Below, in pieces: positions 6,369-15,900 of a DNA stretch of 64,000 nucleotides; the first letter of the stretch is position 1; every line of letters starts with the position of its first letter. The stretch comes from a virus (Duplodnaviria; Caudoviricetes): positions 1 to 64,000 of IMG/VR virus record IMGVR_UViG_3300029288_007060, one strand, 5' to 3'. The notes under the pieces were generated by a model. The model was not told where the DNA came from. It ran no database searches and saw only the letters and a program-made list of their open reading frames with translations. A program made the position numbers and the translations under genes.

Positions 6369-6558
6369 ATTTTTTAATAAAATTTATTAATTCCTCTGGG
6401 ACATCATCCATTATATTATTTTTAACCTGGCCACAACAGTTTGCCCAAACCACCACTTCGAATTGCAACGATGATGCGAGCTTTATTTCTTCTAGAGCAG
6501 CAACGGTATATTGTCGCCTTCCATATAGATTATATAAACAAAATATTAGTGATTTCAT
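6352..6558 (-). CDS. hypothetical protein
   Basis: ATGA overlap with upstream gene. Confidence 0.55.
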   Translation of the reverse strand: MKSLIFCLYNLYGRRQYTVAALEEIKLASSLQFEVVVWANCCGQVKNNIMDDVPEELINFIKKYAIHG

Positions 6559-7043
6559 AATAATACGTACTTTTTTCTTCTAAAGGCAGTGAACCCAGGA
6601 ATGGTTTTCCTGTTAGTTTTTGCCTTACAAGATATGAATCTGTGGGTCTCGTCCGCATCAACAGAGTGATCTATATTAGCTTCTAATATCACTATAGTCC
6701 CGTACTTCTTTTTATTCTCTTCTGTGTTAATTGCCTTTTCCCAGGCGGCTATAAACGAATCTTTTCCATGTTCGGTGACCTCTTTCGCAATATCTTTAGA
6801 TGTTATATTGATATAAACAGGATACCATCCCTTTTCAAACCACATATCGTCAAATATATAAGCCCCATACATATCATACGAAATACCCTTGGTAAGTCTT
6901 AACTCCGGAGTTATTTTAAACTTTACTTCTAAATTGGTCCACGGGCCGGGAATGATTTTATTTTTCTTGGCCTTTATTTTGTTCTCTTCTTGAAACTGCA
7001 GTCTAAGCGCTTTAGTTACTCTGGTCTTTCGTTTTTTCTTCAT
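6555..7043 (-). CDS. hypothetical protein
   Basis: 162-aa ORF, GAAAGGA RBS. Confidence 0.75.
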   Translation of the reverse strand: MKKKRKTRVTKALRLQFQEENKIKAKKNKIIPGPWTNLEVKFKITPELRLTKGISYDMYGAYIFDDMWFEKGWYPVYINITSKDIAKEVTEHGKDSFIAAWEKAINTEENKKKYGTIVILEANIDHSVDADETHRFISCKAKTNRKTIPGFTAFRRKKYVLL

Positions 7044-7242
7044 CTAACTTCCTTTCACCCATACTATTATTATACCCCGTAATCAGAAATTTATCAATAA
7101 AATCTAGAATATCGCTACACGGTGTCGTGTTATTTCCCGATTGTATTATCCAACTACGATTCTTTTCTGCCCAGTCTTTTATATTTTCCTTTTGTTTAAA
7201 GGTGGTCCAATATAAGAAATAGATTGTGGGGTTGTAATTCAT
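7012..7242 (-). CDS. hypothetical protein
   Basis: ATGA overlap. Confidence 0.6.
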   Translation of the reverse strand: MNYNPTIYFLYWTTFKQKENIKDWAEKNRSWIIQSGNNTTPCSDILDFIDKFLITGYNNSMGERKLDEEKTKDQSN

Positions 7243-7736
7243 TTTATTATACTAATAAGTTTGGTTTTCAATTGCCTTTGTCCATCATTTGTATATTTAT
7301 AGTTATAAGTTGCGTTTGGATATTCTAATATGATTGTGTCGTGACTACTATCCCAGAATCCAAATAGTTTAGTCGTAAATATCAGGTGTTCTCCTGTATA
7401 AAAGCATTCCGCATTAGTTCCCAAAATCCCCAGGATGCGTTTTTTGCCGTCGACATATACTGATTTTGGTATTCTGTTCAACGGAAGCTTCATGACCCTA
7501 AATGAGTCAGAGTCGGTGAAGACGGTATAAGAGTTGTTGTTTAGTGTAGTGCCAGAGGCTCCTACAGTTACATAATAATATCCGTATCCGTCGGTTTGTC
7601 CGATGCACCCACCAACTTGTGTATTGCCATAGTAGGCTGTTGCGTGCCCACCAGTCCCGTTACTGTTAGTTGTTGTTTGCGTTAAAGGCCATTGCGAAAG
7701 TGCGGGCCAAGGATTAACTGTATTATTGTTTGTCAT
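7239..7736 (-). CDS. hypothetical protein, C-terminal domain similar to 10316-10636
   Basis: AAGGA RBS; visible similarity to paralog. Confidence 0.75.
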   Translation of the reverse strand: MTNNNTVNPWPALSQWPLTQTTTNSNGTGGHATAYYGNTQVGGCIGQTDGYGYYYVTVGASGTTLNNNSYTVFTDSDSFRVMKLPLNRIPKSVYVDGKKRILGILGTNAECFYTGEHLIFTTKLFGFWDSSHDTIILEYPNATYNYKYTNDGQRQLKTKLISIIK

Positions 7737-8004
7737 CTTGATTCCTTTTCTCCAAATAGTCTATCCACAAAGATTGCTCTAAAAAAGAAAGCTTAACCTT
7801 CAAGTCTTCTTTCCCTTCCTTGTGCCAAAAAATAACCAAAGTACTTGAATTTTCTGATAATTTTTCACATTTTATTATTTTCCATCCCAGCTTGGATAAA
7901 GCCACGCATTTCTTCCATTCTCTGAAATCATTGGGAGTTTTAGAACTGGACGGCGGTTTAGCCATCATAAGCCAGCCTTCAATTATATTAATGATATCGT
8001 GCAT
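7723..8004 (-). CDS. hypothetical protein
   Basis: ORF track; tight packing. Confidence 0.7.
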   Translation of the reverse strand: MHDIINIIEGWLMMAKPPSSSKTPNDFREWKKCVALSKLGWKIIKCEKLSENSSTLVIFWHKEGKEDLKVKLSFLEQSLWIDYLEKRNQDDKQ

Positions 8005-8008
8005 TATT

Positions 8009-8962
8009 TTAAACCTTCAGCAACTCCCCACTGGGTGATTTAGAGAACCATTTGATTTGAGGAAATCTTTCTAACAAATAATTCTCGTACGAGTCTAGAG
8101 TATCGAACATACTTAGTTTTGAGTTTTTGTATAGTCCTATTTTCATTCCATCTAGAATATCTAACTTGGTTACCACTATTTCATCCGGTTGTACTATAGA
8201 TATAGCATAATCTACATCGTCTTCGTTTAGCCAGGTACATTTCCTGGGCCTTCCGGTAGTTGCTCCAAATTCTTTGCCTCTTTCTCTCAATTCCGGAACA
8301 TCGGGAGTATAAGGTGGGCCATCCCCAACTCGAGTTACATATCCCTTCATAACCCCGATTGTTCGCCCAATCTTATGAGCCATACTGGGCATTACAGATG
8401 AGGAGGTAACATAAGGATAATTTCCGTAGTCGACGTCTAACATAATTCCTTGTGCGCCCTCATAAAGAGCTGATTCGGCCCCAAATGGAGGAAGTCCAGA
8501 ATAGACAGTGCACCCTAATTCTTTCTCCACATCAGCTTTGATATTTTCTATCCTGATACCTTTTCTTAATGCCCTATCCGCATACACATAAGCTATTCCT
8601 CTTTTTGTACTACCTATTCCACTACCATCACTATCTTGTTTCAGATGTTTGTCCTGGATAAGGTGTACATTTTTGGAAATATATAATTCTGCCGGATGCT
8701 TCAGCGTCTTTAATTCAACTTTCAGTTCTTCTAAATTGATAGCCATTCCGGCATCTAGTGCTATTTTCTTGCCAAATACTGCTCCAGCTGGCAAATGATG
8801 TAGCTTGTATTCTGTGCCCTCATTATCATAGACTGTGTGGCCAGCATTATTCGATCCGTTAAAACGAACCGACCATTGATAATTGTGTTTCTCACAAAAA
8901 TAGGCAGACACTCTTCCCTTGCCGGTATCGCCATAACTAAGATCGCATATTAACGTTTTCAT
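8009..8962 (-). CDS. purA: adenylosuccinate synthetase (short form)
   Basis: GDTGKG, RFNGSNNAGHT, IGSTKRGI, EGAQG, YPYVTSS, TRVGDGP, EFGATTGRPR, TKLD motifs. Confidence 0.95.
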   Translation of the reverse strand: MKTLICDLSYGDTGKGRVSAYFCEKHNYQWSVRFNGSNNAGHTVYDNEGTEYKLHHLPAGAVFGKKIALDAGMAINLEELKVELKTLKHPAELYISKNVHLIQDKHLKQDSDGSGIGSTKRGIAYVYADRALRKGIRIENIKADVEKELGCTVYSGLPPFGAESALYEGAQGIMLDVDYGNYPYVTSSSVMPSMAHKIGRTIGVMKGYVTRVGDGPPYTPDVPELRERGKEFGATTGRPRKCTWLNEDDVDYAISIVQPDEIVVTKLDILDGMKIGLYKNSKLSMFDTLDSYENYLLERFPQIKWFSKSPSGELLKV

Positions 8963-8975
8963 ATATCACTCATTT

Positions 8976-9287
8976 CTAAGATTTCGCACAATCTTCACAA
9001 TAATAATTATCTCCGTCCATTTTCCAACTGCTTAGTCTCCATTTGGTTACGGAGGTTCTGTCATTCATATCTATAGCGACCAACAAATATAAAGCCTTCT
9101 GGCACCCTAAGCATTTCACTTGCTCTATCGAATGAACAAAGTGCTCTCCTGGCTTTCCTGCATACATTGTGTTTAATTTACACAACCCTTGTATAATAGA
9201 ACTTATATGAGACAACCAATTTTCTTGCTCTTTGGCTGCTACGGGTATCTTCTTACCCTTTTTTAATATATCATCAAAACTAGCCAT
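8976..9287 (-). CDS. putative Zn-finger protein
   Basis: Two CxxC; GAGG RBS. Confidence 0.7.
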   Translation of the reverse strand: MASFDDILKKGKKIPVAAKEQENWLSHISSIIQGLCKLNTMYAGKPGEHFVHSIEQVKCLGCQKALYLLVAIDMNDRTSVTKWRLSSWKMDGDNYYCEDCAKS

Positions 9288-9300
9288 TATAAATATCCTC

Positions 9301-9630
9301 TTATGGTGTATTTCTTATAATCTGTCTAATGCCCTCTTCTCCATCTTTCCTATACGTATCTATTAGAACTATAGCAAAAGCCGCGCTAGTTATATATAGC
9401 CATGTTTTTTCATCGGTTACGTCGCCAAACTTATACATTTTAAACGAAAAGTCTTCATTCTTTTTGTTCTCATACTTGCATCCAATCCTCCACACCCAAT
9501 CTTTTCGTTTTTCCGCTCGTTCAATATCCGCAAAATAACATGGCTTCATATATAAATGATCCATATTTATTTTAGAATTAATGGTAGAGCTGTGGGTTAG
9601 TGTACCGGATTTAATATTAGCAACCTTCAT
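9301..9630 (-). CDS. hypothetical protein
   Basis: ATGA overlap, GAGGAGG upstream. Confidence 0.7.
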   Translation of the reverse strand: MKVANIKSGTLTHSSTINSKINMDHLYMKPCYFADIERAEKRKDWVWRIGCKYENKKNEDFSFKMYKFGDVTDEKTWLYITSAAFAIVLIDTYRKDGEEGIRQIIRNTP

Positions 9631-9824
9631 TCTTCTTCCTCCTCATCTTTGGCAAAAATTGATATGCAGCATTCGCACAACATCCATGTTTGCTTTTCGT
9701 TATCTATATACTCATAAATCAAATTGCGGGCATTGCAGTTTTCACAACGGCTCCATATTCCGCTCTTTTCTTTGGTAGCAAATATCTTTTTGCCTTTTTT
9801 TAAAATACTTCCAAATCCGCCCAT
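9627..9824 (-). CDS. small Zn-finger protein
   Basis: Two CxxC; GAGG RBS. Confidence 0.7.
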   Translation of the reverse strand: MGGFGSILKKGKKIFATKEKSGIWSRCENCNARNLIYEYIDNEKQTWMLCECCISIFAKDEEEEE

Positions 9825-9825
9825 A

Positions 9826-10050
9826 TTAGTCCTCTATAATTATTTCGTCCCAATCAATACTGATATCTATCGTTTCTTCGTTATCCAATATAACTATTAT
9901 GCCATCATCGGTATAATTAATGCTGTCTACTTCTCTTTCTGGTTCGTTGCTCTTCACTAAATCTTTTATCATATTTTCTAATTCATCTTTGTTTATGCTT
10001 CCTGGCTCAAAATCTGACAACAACGTTGTTATTGGTAATATTTGGTGCAT
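9826..10050 (-). CDS. acidic hypothetical protein
   Basis: GAGG RBS; tight packing. Confidence 0.7.
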   Translation of the reverse strand: MHQILPITTLLSDFEPGSINKDELENMIKDLVKSNEPEREVDSINYTDDGIIVILDNEETIDISIDWDEIIIED

Positions 10051-10314
10051 TTATTTTACCTCGGTATCAAATGTATTAAGCATATTAGATATCTCATTTT
10101 GCATGTCTTTTGCCTGTTGTCCTATATTGGCCATTGGTCTCAACTCTTCTATCATCAACAAAACTAATTGCTCTATACAAAAGATACGTCGTATGTCGCA
10201 ATTTCCTTTGTCATGTTCTCCCAATAACTTTAGCTCTTCTGCTATATGGGTGATTTCTTTCCATCGTTTTTCGCTTTCTTCTATTCTTTTATTTAAACTA
10301 TCAAAAAAATCCAT
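10051..10314 (-). CDS. hypothetical protein
   Basis: ORF track; tight packing. Confidence 0.7.
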   Translation of the reverse strand: MDFFDSLNKRIEESEKRWKEITHIAEELKLLGEHDKGNCDIRRIFCIEQLVLLMIEELRPMANIGQQAKDMQNEISNMLNTFDTEVK

Positions 10315-10315
10315 C

Positions 10316-10636
10316 TTATTTCCTTATTATAGATATTAGTTTCGCGTCAAAATCGTCATGGAATTTTGCGAATACATTATAAGTGTAAATGCTGGTCTTA
10401 AACTCCATGATAATTTGGTCTTTTTTAAGAAAACTTATGTGTCTGAGAATTAGTTTATTTCCCATAAAAATAACATTACAGTCACTGCCTGCTATCCCTA
10501 TTGATAATCTTGTTCCAGATATATAAAAAGCTACCAGGCCCTTTTCTGGCAAATCTACAACATAATTGCCAGGTGACAGGTATGGGTGTTTTGGTCCAGG
10601 AAATAATATGTTCTGGTCGACCTGCGTTATTTTCAT
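10316..10636 (-). CDS. hypothetical protein, paralog of 7239-7736 C-terminal domain
   Basis: GGGGAG RBS; TAATG overlap. Confidence 0.75.
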   Translation of the reverse strand: MKITQVDQNILFPGPKHPYLSPGNYVVDLPEKGLVAFYISGTRLSIGIAGSDCNVIFMGNKLILRHISFLKKDQIIMEFKTSIYTYNVFAKFHDDFDAKLISIIRK

Positions 10637-10944
10637 TACTCCCCTTCGGCTAACTTACCCAATATATCTTTTTCATTAAACACAAACACTTTGTGTTCCT
10701 TATATTGAATTATATATCCGTCGAATTCTTTGATAAATATACGGTCGCCAACTTTCAAAGTGGTGGGAATAAATTTGCCTGTTACCAAGTCCAGATACCC
10801 AGGCCCAATTGCTACTACCGTTCCGGTTTGAGTTCGTCCCTTGACAGTGTCCGGTAGATAAAACACATTGTCTTTGTCCATGGTGGCGTCATCTTTCTTA
10901 ACTAATACTTTGTCAAACAACGGTTGAATCGGAAAATCACTCAT
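10636..10944 (-). CDS. groES: co-chaperonin GroES
   Basis: PLFDKVLVK, GTVVAIGPG, LKVGDRI, EKDILG motifs. Confidence 0.9.
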   Translation of the reverse strand: MSDFPIQPLFDKVLVKKDDATMDKDNVFYLPDTVKGRTQTGTVVAIGPGYLDLVTGKFIPTTLKVGDRIFIKEFDGYIIQYKEHKVFVFNEKDILGKLAEGE

Positions 10945-10971
10945 TTCTTTCTCCTTTGTAAAAATAATTTT

Positions 10972-11220
10972 TCATTTTATATTTTTTCTATCGCACCATT
11001 CTATGGCCGCAACTGCTAATGCTGCCACTCGTATCATTTGCTTGCGGAATATAATCAAATCCCATTTGTTAGCGAATATCATGGCCTTGCCTAAATGTTT
11101 TACTAAAAATACCACCCATGTTTCTTCTGTGTGGTAATCATCATTATTCGCGCCGCCCCACTTATTGTCCTGATTTTTTCTTTCTTCACGTATTTCATTA
11201 TAAATACTTGATTGTTTCAT
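10972..11220 (-). CDS. MazG-like nucleotide pyrophosphohydrolase fold protein
   Basis: ERxxQDxKWG...RVAALAVAAIE pattern common in phages. Confidence 0.55.
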   Translation of the reverse strand: MKQSSIYNEIREERKNQDNKWGGANNDDYHTEETWVVFLVKHLGKAMIFANKWDLIIFRKQMIRVAALAVAAIEWCDRKNIK

Positions 11221-11473
11221 TGTTATTCCTTACTAGTTTTATTTTTTCTCTTCTGCTTAATCTTTTTATTTCTATTTCTCTTTTGCTGGCCGAACTTCTA
11301 TTTTCTGCACGCTCCGTGTATACCAAGATAAACGGACGCAAAGCTCTCACCAATTTGCTTCCATGACCACTTGCATGCATCTTTAGTCTGCGGGCCAGAT
11401 TGTTGGTGATTCCGGTATAATATATTCCATTGCTCAATTGCAAAATATACACTACCCACAAAGAATCAGACAT
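11198..11473 (-). CDS. GIY-YIG nuclease (YhbQ/UPF0213-like)
   Basis: VYIL..YYTGITNNLARRLKMH..SKREIEIK. Confidence 0.9.
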   Translation of the reverse strand: MSDSLWVVYILQLSNGIYYTGITNNLARRLKMHASGHGSKLVRALRPFILVYTERAENRSSASKREIEIKRLSRREKIKLVRNNNETIKYL

Positions 11474-11909
11474 CGAATAAGGCTTCCGGGGCATAATACC
11501 AGCCACACCTAATAAACCCAGGAATTATTTGGTCTATCTTTACTATGGCCGTCTTAATAGGGTCTAGTTGTGGAAGAGCGCACAACAAACTTTTGCCGTT
11601 AATAAAAGAATTTACTTTCTCCTTTATGAGACGGTCATTGCCAAGCACATTCATAATTTGTACAATCCTAAAGAGCTCTTCGTTATCGGAAGACGTTTCA
11701 TATGTCAGGGAAAAATTGGACAGGCCAGTTTTATAATCTGCTTTTTGCCCGTGTGCTATTAGCATATTGCCCAATCGTTCTATTGTTATTTTTCCTTCTT
11801 TGTGCATATCATCAATATGCGCCAAGCAATGTTTTGATGAAAATTTTCTAGTCCAATTCCTGGTTAATATATTATTTGATATTTCTATTCTAAATCCCAA
11901 ATAATTCAT
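11466..11909 (-). CDS. hypothetical protein
   Basis: ATGA overlap, AAGGA RBS. Confidence 0.75.
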   Translation of the reverse strand: MNYLGFRIEISNNILTRNWTRKFSSKHCLAHIDDMHKEGKITIERLGNMLIAHGQKADYKTGLSNFSLTYETSSDNEELFRIVQIMNVLGNDRLIKEKVNSFINGKSLLCALPQLDPIKTAIVKIDQIIPGFIRCGWYYAPEALFDV

Positions 11910-12091
11910 TTTTTGTCCTTTATGTGTTTGGCGAGATATTTACTAATTGTTCTGTAATCTGCGTAGCCGTCTGTCATTTCCATTGTTTTAGTGATATAAT
12001 CTATCCACACAGCCATATCTTTCACAATATGGGCAACGCAATTCTTGTTATCTAAGTTCAGGTAATATAAAGATTTAATGGTTTTGTTCAT
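11906..12091 (-). CDS. hypothetical protein, probably leaderless
   Basis: ATG 6 nt after GTGTATAAT. Confidence 0.55.
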   Translation of the reverse strand: MNKTIKSLYYLNLDNKNCVAHIVKDMAVWIDYITKTMEMTDGYADYRTISKYLAKHIKDKK

Positions 12092-12118
12092 AATTATATT
12101 ATACACTATTTGGAAGTT

Positions 12119-12376
12119 TTAATCGTCAATAAATGTTATTTTCCCATGCTTGCATTCAAAGACTAGTGTGTTACAACACGCATGGTCTATTGAAACTGCA
12201 TACGTACCGTCCTCCAAACTATATGAGCTGGCCCAGGCCGGGTCGCCACAACAGAGAATGTAATAATATATTAGTGCCCAATCGCTTTTAAAACGCATAG
12301 TATTTAATAGTCGAGGGTTTAATATGCCAATACCCACTACTTCTTTGTATATCCATCCTCTTTTCTTTTCGCTCAT
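12119..12376 (-). CDS. hypothetical protein
   Basis: ORF track. Confidence 0.6.
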   Translation of the reverse strand: MSEKKRGWIYKEVVGIGILNPRLLNTMRFKSDWALIYYYILCCGDPAWASSYSLEDGTYAVSIDHACCNTLVFECKHGKITFIDD

Positions 12377-12388
12377 TTTTTCTTTTTC

Positions 12389-12637
12389 CTAAGGTAGAAA
12401 TATTTTTTCTGCCTGTTTTTTGGGTCTTAATGTGTATAGTATGCGCGAGCCTGAAAAATTATCCTCTATTTTTATTTCATATACATTATTTAATTTATCA
12501 GTACTTATGTTTATTGTGCTGTTAACTTTTTTAGCATGTAATATCTGAAAATACAATTGTTTAATTGGGTTGTTGCTGTTGTTTAGACGATTCATTGTAT
12601 TTATATATTGCCATAACTGCTTACTAACGCTTTCCAT
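12389..12637 (-). CDS. hypothetical protein
   Basis: ORF track. Confidence 0.55.
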   Translation of the reverse strand: MESVSKQLWQYINTMNRLNNSNNPIKQLYFQILHAKKVNSTINISTDKLNNVYEIKIEDNFSGSRILYTLRPKKQAEKIFLP

Positions 12638-13724
12638 GCGGCGTTCCTTCTGTGACTCCAGCCGCCGTTACCCGGCGCCATACAGCTTTTTCTCGCAACT
12701 CGGCCAAATTACGCGCACCAGCATAACTCAACCCAACTTTAACCGACTGACACAAGCCTTCTACAACTCTGTATGCCGATCGCCCCGTGTATGGAACTTT
12801 AGTGCTTACACCTTCGCTGGGCAAGCCGGCTTTTGATTTATCGAACCATTTTTTTCGTCCTTCTACACTAGCCATACCATGATAATATTTAAAAAGCTGT
12901 CCATTTTCTTCCAACCATTCGCCTGGCGATTCTATGGTACCAGCCAACAGAGACCCAATCATTATGGCATCAGCTCCTATAGCTAAAGCCTTTACTATAT
13001 CTCCACTATATCTTATTCCGCCATCTGCTATCAAAGCTATATTGGGATATTCTTCCTTAATTCTCGCACAGTCCTCTATAGCTGATAACTGCGGAACTCC
13101 GTGACCAGTCACGAGTCTGGTAGTGCAGACAGCCCCAGGCCCTACACCAACGCGCAGAGAATTGGCTCCAGCCGCCGCTAAATCCCGGGCGCCCGCGAGT
13201 GTGCAAACATTTCCGGCCATAATATTAACCGTGGGCCAACGGGCTCGTAAAGCCCTAACCGTATTTATACACAAAGCGTTGTGTCCATTGGCCACATCTA
13301 TACAAATTCCATGGACCCCAGCTTCCATTAGCGCAGCAGCCCGGTCGGAAGAATCTCCTTGCGGCCCTTGAGCTCCCACCGCAGCATAGAACTTTTGTGT
13401 ACAATTAGGCCCCCATGATAAAACTGGGGTGTCGGAGACAGCGTCTGAAAGACGCGCCATAACATTTTTGCACATATTGTATTGATCTTCTATAGACATA
13501 TAGCGATGCAATACGCCAGTGGCGCCCATATCGCACATAGCCACCAACATATCTTCTTCACAAACAGTATTCATTGGTGCTGCCACTATTGGTAGCGGGA
13601 AATCAAAGTCTGGAAGACTAACATTAATTTCTGGGTCTTTTCTGGATTTTATTTCCGAGTGCATCGGCACCAACACAAAATCATCAAATGTATAGGCAGT
13701 TTCCGCATCTTGTAACTTGCTCAT
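12624..13724 (-). CDS. guaB: IMP dehydrogenase / GMP reductase family (no CBS domains)
   Basis: TFDD, PIVAAPM, DVANGH, GVGPGAVCTTR, IADGGI, GMAS, EGV motifs; GAAAGG RBS before ATG 13724. Confidence 0.85.
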   Translation of the reverse strand: MSKLQDAETAYTFDDFVLVPMHSEIKSRKDPEINVSLPDFDFPLPIVAAPMNTVCEEDMLVAMCDMGATGVLHRYMSIEDQYNMCKNVMARLSDAVSDTPVLSWGPNCTQKFYAAVGAQGPQGDSSDRAAALMEAGVHGICIDVANGHNALCINTVRALRARWPTVNIMAGNVCTLAGARDLAAAGANSLRVGVGPGAVCTTRLVTGHGVPQLSAIEDCARIKEEYPNIALIADGGIRYSGDIVKALAIGADAIMIGSLLAGTIESPGEWLEENGQLFKYYHGMASVEGRKKWFDKSKAGLPSEGVSTKVPYTGRSAYRVVEGLCQSVKVGLSYAGARNLAELREKAVWRRVTAAGVTEGTPHGKR

Positions 13725-13819
13725 TATTGTACCTTTCGTTTCGTTTTTACATGACAATGGGCAGACCAGACGCGGATGCGGATGGCTGCCCATTGAATTA
13801 GATATCGCAATTAGGTAGC

Positions 13820-14011
13820 TTAAACCTTGCGACCAAGAGCTCTAAGATACTTTTTGGTCTTAAACAACTTCATCTTCGCGGCCTTTCGTTCAACCGCCTT
13901 CGGTGTTCTATTTAACAACATAGCAATCTCGCTATTGGATTTTGAACCAAAAAGCTTTTTGAGAGCCCTTACATCTTCTTGTTGCCAACTTTTGTTCTTA
14001 CTATTAATCAT
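13820..14011 (-). CDS. small Myb/GcrA-like HTH protein
   Basis: WxxEDxxxL..EIAxLLNRTxxAVxxKA; AAGGAG RBS. Confidence 0.7.
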   Translation of the reverse strand: MINSKNKSWQQEDVRALKKLFGSKSNSEIAMLLNRTPKAVERKAAKMKLFKTKKYLRALGRKV

Positions 14012-14053
14012 TGTCTTTCTCCTTAAAAATACGACATCCATTTGTCGCTATCA

Positions 14054-14239
14054 TTATAGTACACTATTCTCTATAATTTTTCGAAAAAAATCAAAAATTT
14101 CTTTAGATTGCTCGTTTGTTAAATTGGCCGACGATATCGTGGTTTGATTTTTGTTTTTAATTCCACACAAAATAACCGAAACCCCATTGTCAGTTTTAAT
14201 CAATTCTAAATAACTTTTATCCGCGAACTCTATTTTCAT
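14054..14239 (-). CDS. hypothetical protein
   Basis: ORF track. Confidence 0.6.
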   Translation of the reverse strand: MKIEFADKSYLELIKTDNGVSVILCGIKNKNQTTISSANLTNEQSKEIFDFFRKIIENSVL

Positions 14240-14243
14240 TTAA

Positions 14244-14756
14244 TTAACTTCCTATATAATTTGCCCATTCGTCGGCCGCAGCATCAATATAATTTTTGTA
14301 CAAACTGAAAAACGATAGGGTTGCTGGTTTTTTGATAAGCCTCATTCCGGCCTCTTCTGGCGTTCTGTTTGCCTTTATACCATTACATTTCTTACAACAA
14401 ATCACACAATTTGAAAAATCTGTCGTGCCATTTCTTGACCTTGGTATTACATGATCAATTGTTGCTATATTTTTGCTTATTTTAATTCCGCAATATTGAC
14501 AGCGACAATCGTCTCTTAATAATAAGTTTTTTCTAGAGAAGGCAATTCTGGCCGAATGAGCTCTCCATGGTATCTTTGTCAATAAACGAATTATGGATGG
14601 CATGATAAACCACCCCTTGCCGTACAATATTTTGTCTGGATTGCTCGTTATATGAACCGGCTCTACTTTCTCATTGGTTAGAAGCTTTATTGCTTTTCTG
14701 CCTGGTATTATAGCCAGCGCCACATAGTTGTTATCTAATAACAAGACATAGTGCAT
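14244..14756 (-). CDS. HNH endonuclease (McrA-like)
   Basis: RDxxxCQYCG..TIDHVIPRSRNG..N..CCKKCNxxK. Confidence 0.92.
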   Translation of the reverse strand: MHYVLLLDNNYVALAIIPGRKAIKLLTNEKVEPVHITSNPDKILYGKGWFIMPSIIRLLTKIPWRAHSARIAFSRKNLLLRDDCRCQYCGIKISKNIATIDHVIPRSRNGTTDFSNCVICCKKCNGIKANRTPEEAGMRLIKKPATLSFFSLYKNYIDAAADEWANYIGS

Positions 14757-14771
14757 TGTCGCTCTCCTGCT

Positions 14772-15404
14772 TTAAATATCAGTAGTGCCTATATTGTCAT
14801 AAATTATTGGTATTAGGTTTCTGAATTCTTTGAGAAGCGGGCACATTAATTGCCGCATTTGTGGGTGGGCTGCTTTATCTGTCCTTTGTTCAAAAATATG
14901 CTTCCATTCTCTAACATTGGCTGTCACGACTATTTCTGTCTTAAGACATGTTGGGAGGACCGATCTAGCTATCTGCGGAGAAATTCCTTGGTCCAGCATA
15001 TACATATAGCTTTGTTCTGCCAGGGAACATGCTAACAACCAGGAATCGAATAATTCTGGTCTACTCTTTATTAGTGCTGGCAATATCACACTTATTTCGT
15101 TTCCAAATTTATCTTTGGAGTAGTTTGCGTACCGGGTTGACTCTTGACTAAAACTTGCTATACGATGCCTAACAAGCTCATGTGATATGCCACGATCACA
15201 AATAAACCTTACAGTAATTGATTCGTGTTCCAATACAGAATCGTGGTGAGAATCGATTATCCGTTTTATGATAGCCTTATAGGAATCTTCCGTTACAAGA
15301 TTTTCTGACTTGTAGCAATTCCTGGCCGCAGATTCCAATTTCTTTAGTATCTTTATTCCGTCTATCTCGTCTTCAATAACAAAACTTGGCTCTACTATTT
15401 TCAT
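14772..15404 (-). CDS. thyX: flavin-dependent thymidylate synthase
   Basis: HxSVLEH; RHRIASFSQESTRY signature. Confidence 0.95.
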   Translation of the reverse strand: MKIVEPSFVIEDEIDGIKILKKLESAARNCYKSENLVTEDSYKAIIKRIIDSHHDSVLEHESITVRFICDRGISHELVRHRIASFSQESTRYANYSKDKFGNEISVILPALIKSRPELFDSWLLACSLAEQSYMYMLDQGISPQIARSVLPTCLKTEIVVTANVREWKHIFEQRTDKAAHPQMRQLMCPLLKEFRNLIPIIYDNIGTTDI

Positions 15405-15625
15405 TATCTCTCTTTTCTTACAAGTTGTGCAAACTTATGCTCTTTCATTGCTACACAAATAGTCATGCCGCACGAAAGCCTAACAAATGTGACGTCTCCA
15501 TCTTCGCCTGCATTAAACAGGGTTATTTGGTCTGTATTTATCGTGATATCAAATTCTTTCGGCTCGACAAACCCCGGCGTACCCTCGATTCTTTCTCGTA
15601 TAGTAACTTGAATAAATCTGCTCAT
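15404..15625 (-). CDS. hypothetical protein
   Basis: AGGAG RBS; TAATG overlap. Confidence 0.75.
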   Translation of the reverse strand: MSRFIQVTIRERIEGTPGFVEPKEFDITINTDQITLFNAGEDGDVTFVRLSCGMTICVAMKEHKFAQLVRKER

Positions 15626-15657
15626 ATGGTACTCCTATAAAAATTTAGATTTTGTCT

Positions 15658-15882
15658 TTATTCTTTTGGTACCTCTTGTAACTGCTTAATCCTTCTTTCT
15701 ATATACCAAACTGCCTTTTTTAGGTCTTCTATAGTATTTTCTTTCTTGCCGGCACGAGATATGTATTTGATAGCATTGCCTAAACAAAAATCAAGGCCCC
15801 ATGCTTCTATAACCTTAATGGTTTCATAAATATCTTCTTCGCCACCATAATGAATGGGGTGATCTACCATTTCTTTTTCCAT
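15658..15882 (-). CDS. DUF3310 protein
   Basis: VDHPxHY..FCLGNAIKYISRAGKK..EDLKKAVWY. Confidence 0.9.
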   Translation of the reverse strand: MEKEMVDHPIHYGGEEDIYETIKVIEAWGLDFCLGNAIKYISRAGKKENTIEDLKKAVWYIERRIKQLQEVPKE

Positions 15883-15900
15883 TAATTTATTCCTTTCTAT

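Noticed and set aside
8009-8962. PurZ (2-aminoadenine DNA pathway)
   Set aside because: Retains catalytic Asp (GDTGKG, not GSTGKG) and the GTP-type TKLD motif, so canonical PurA
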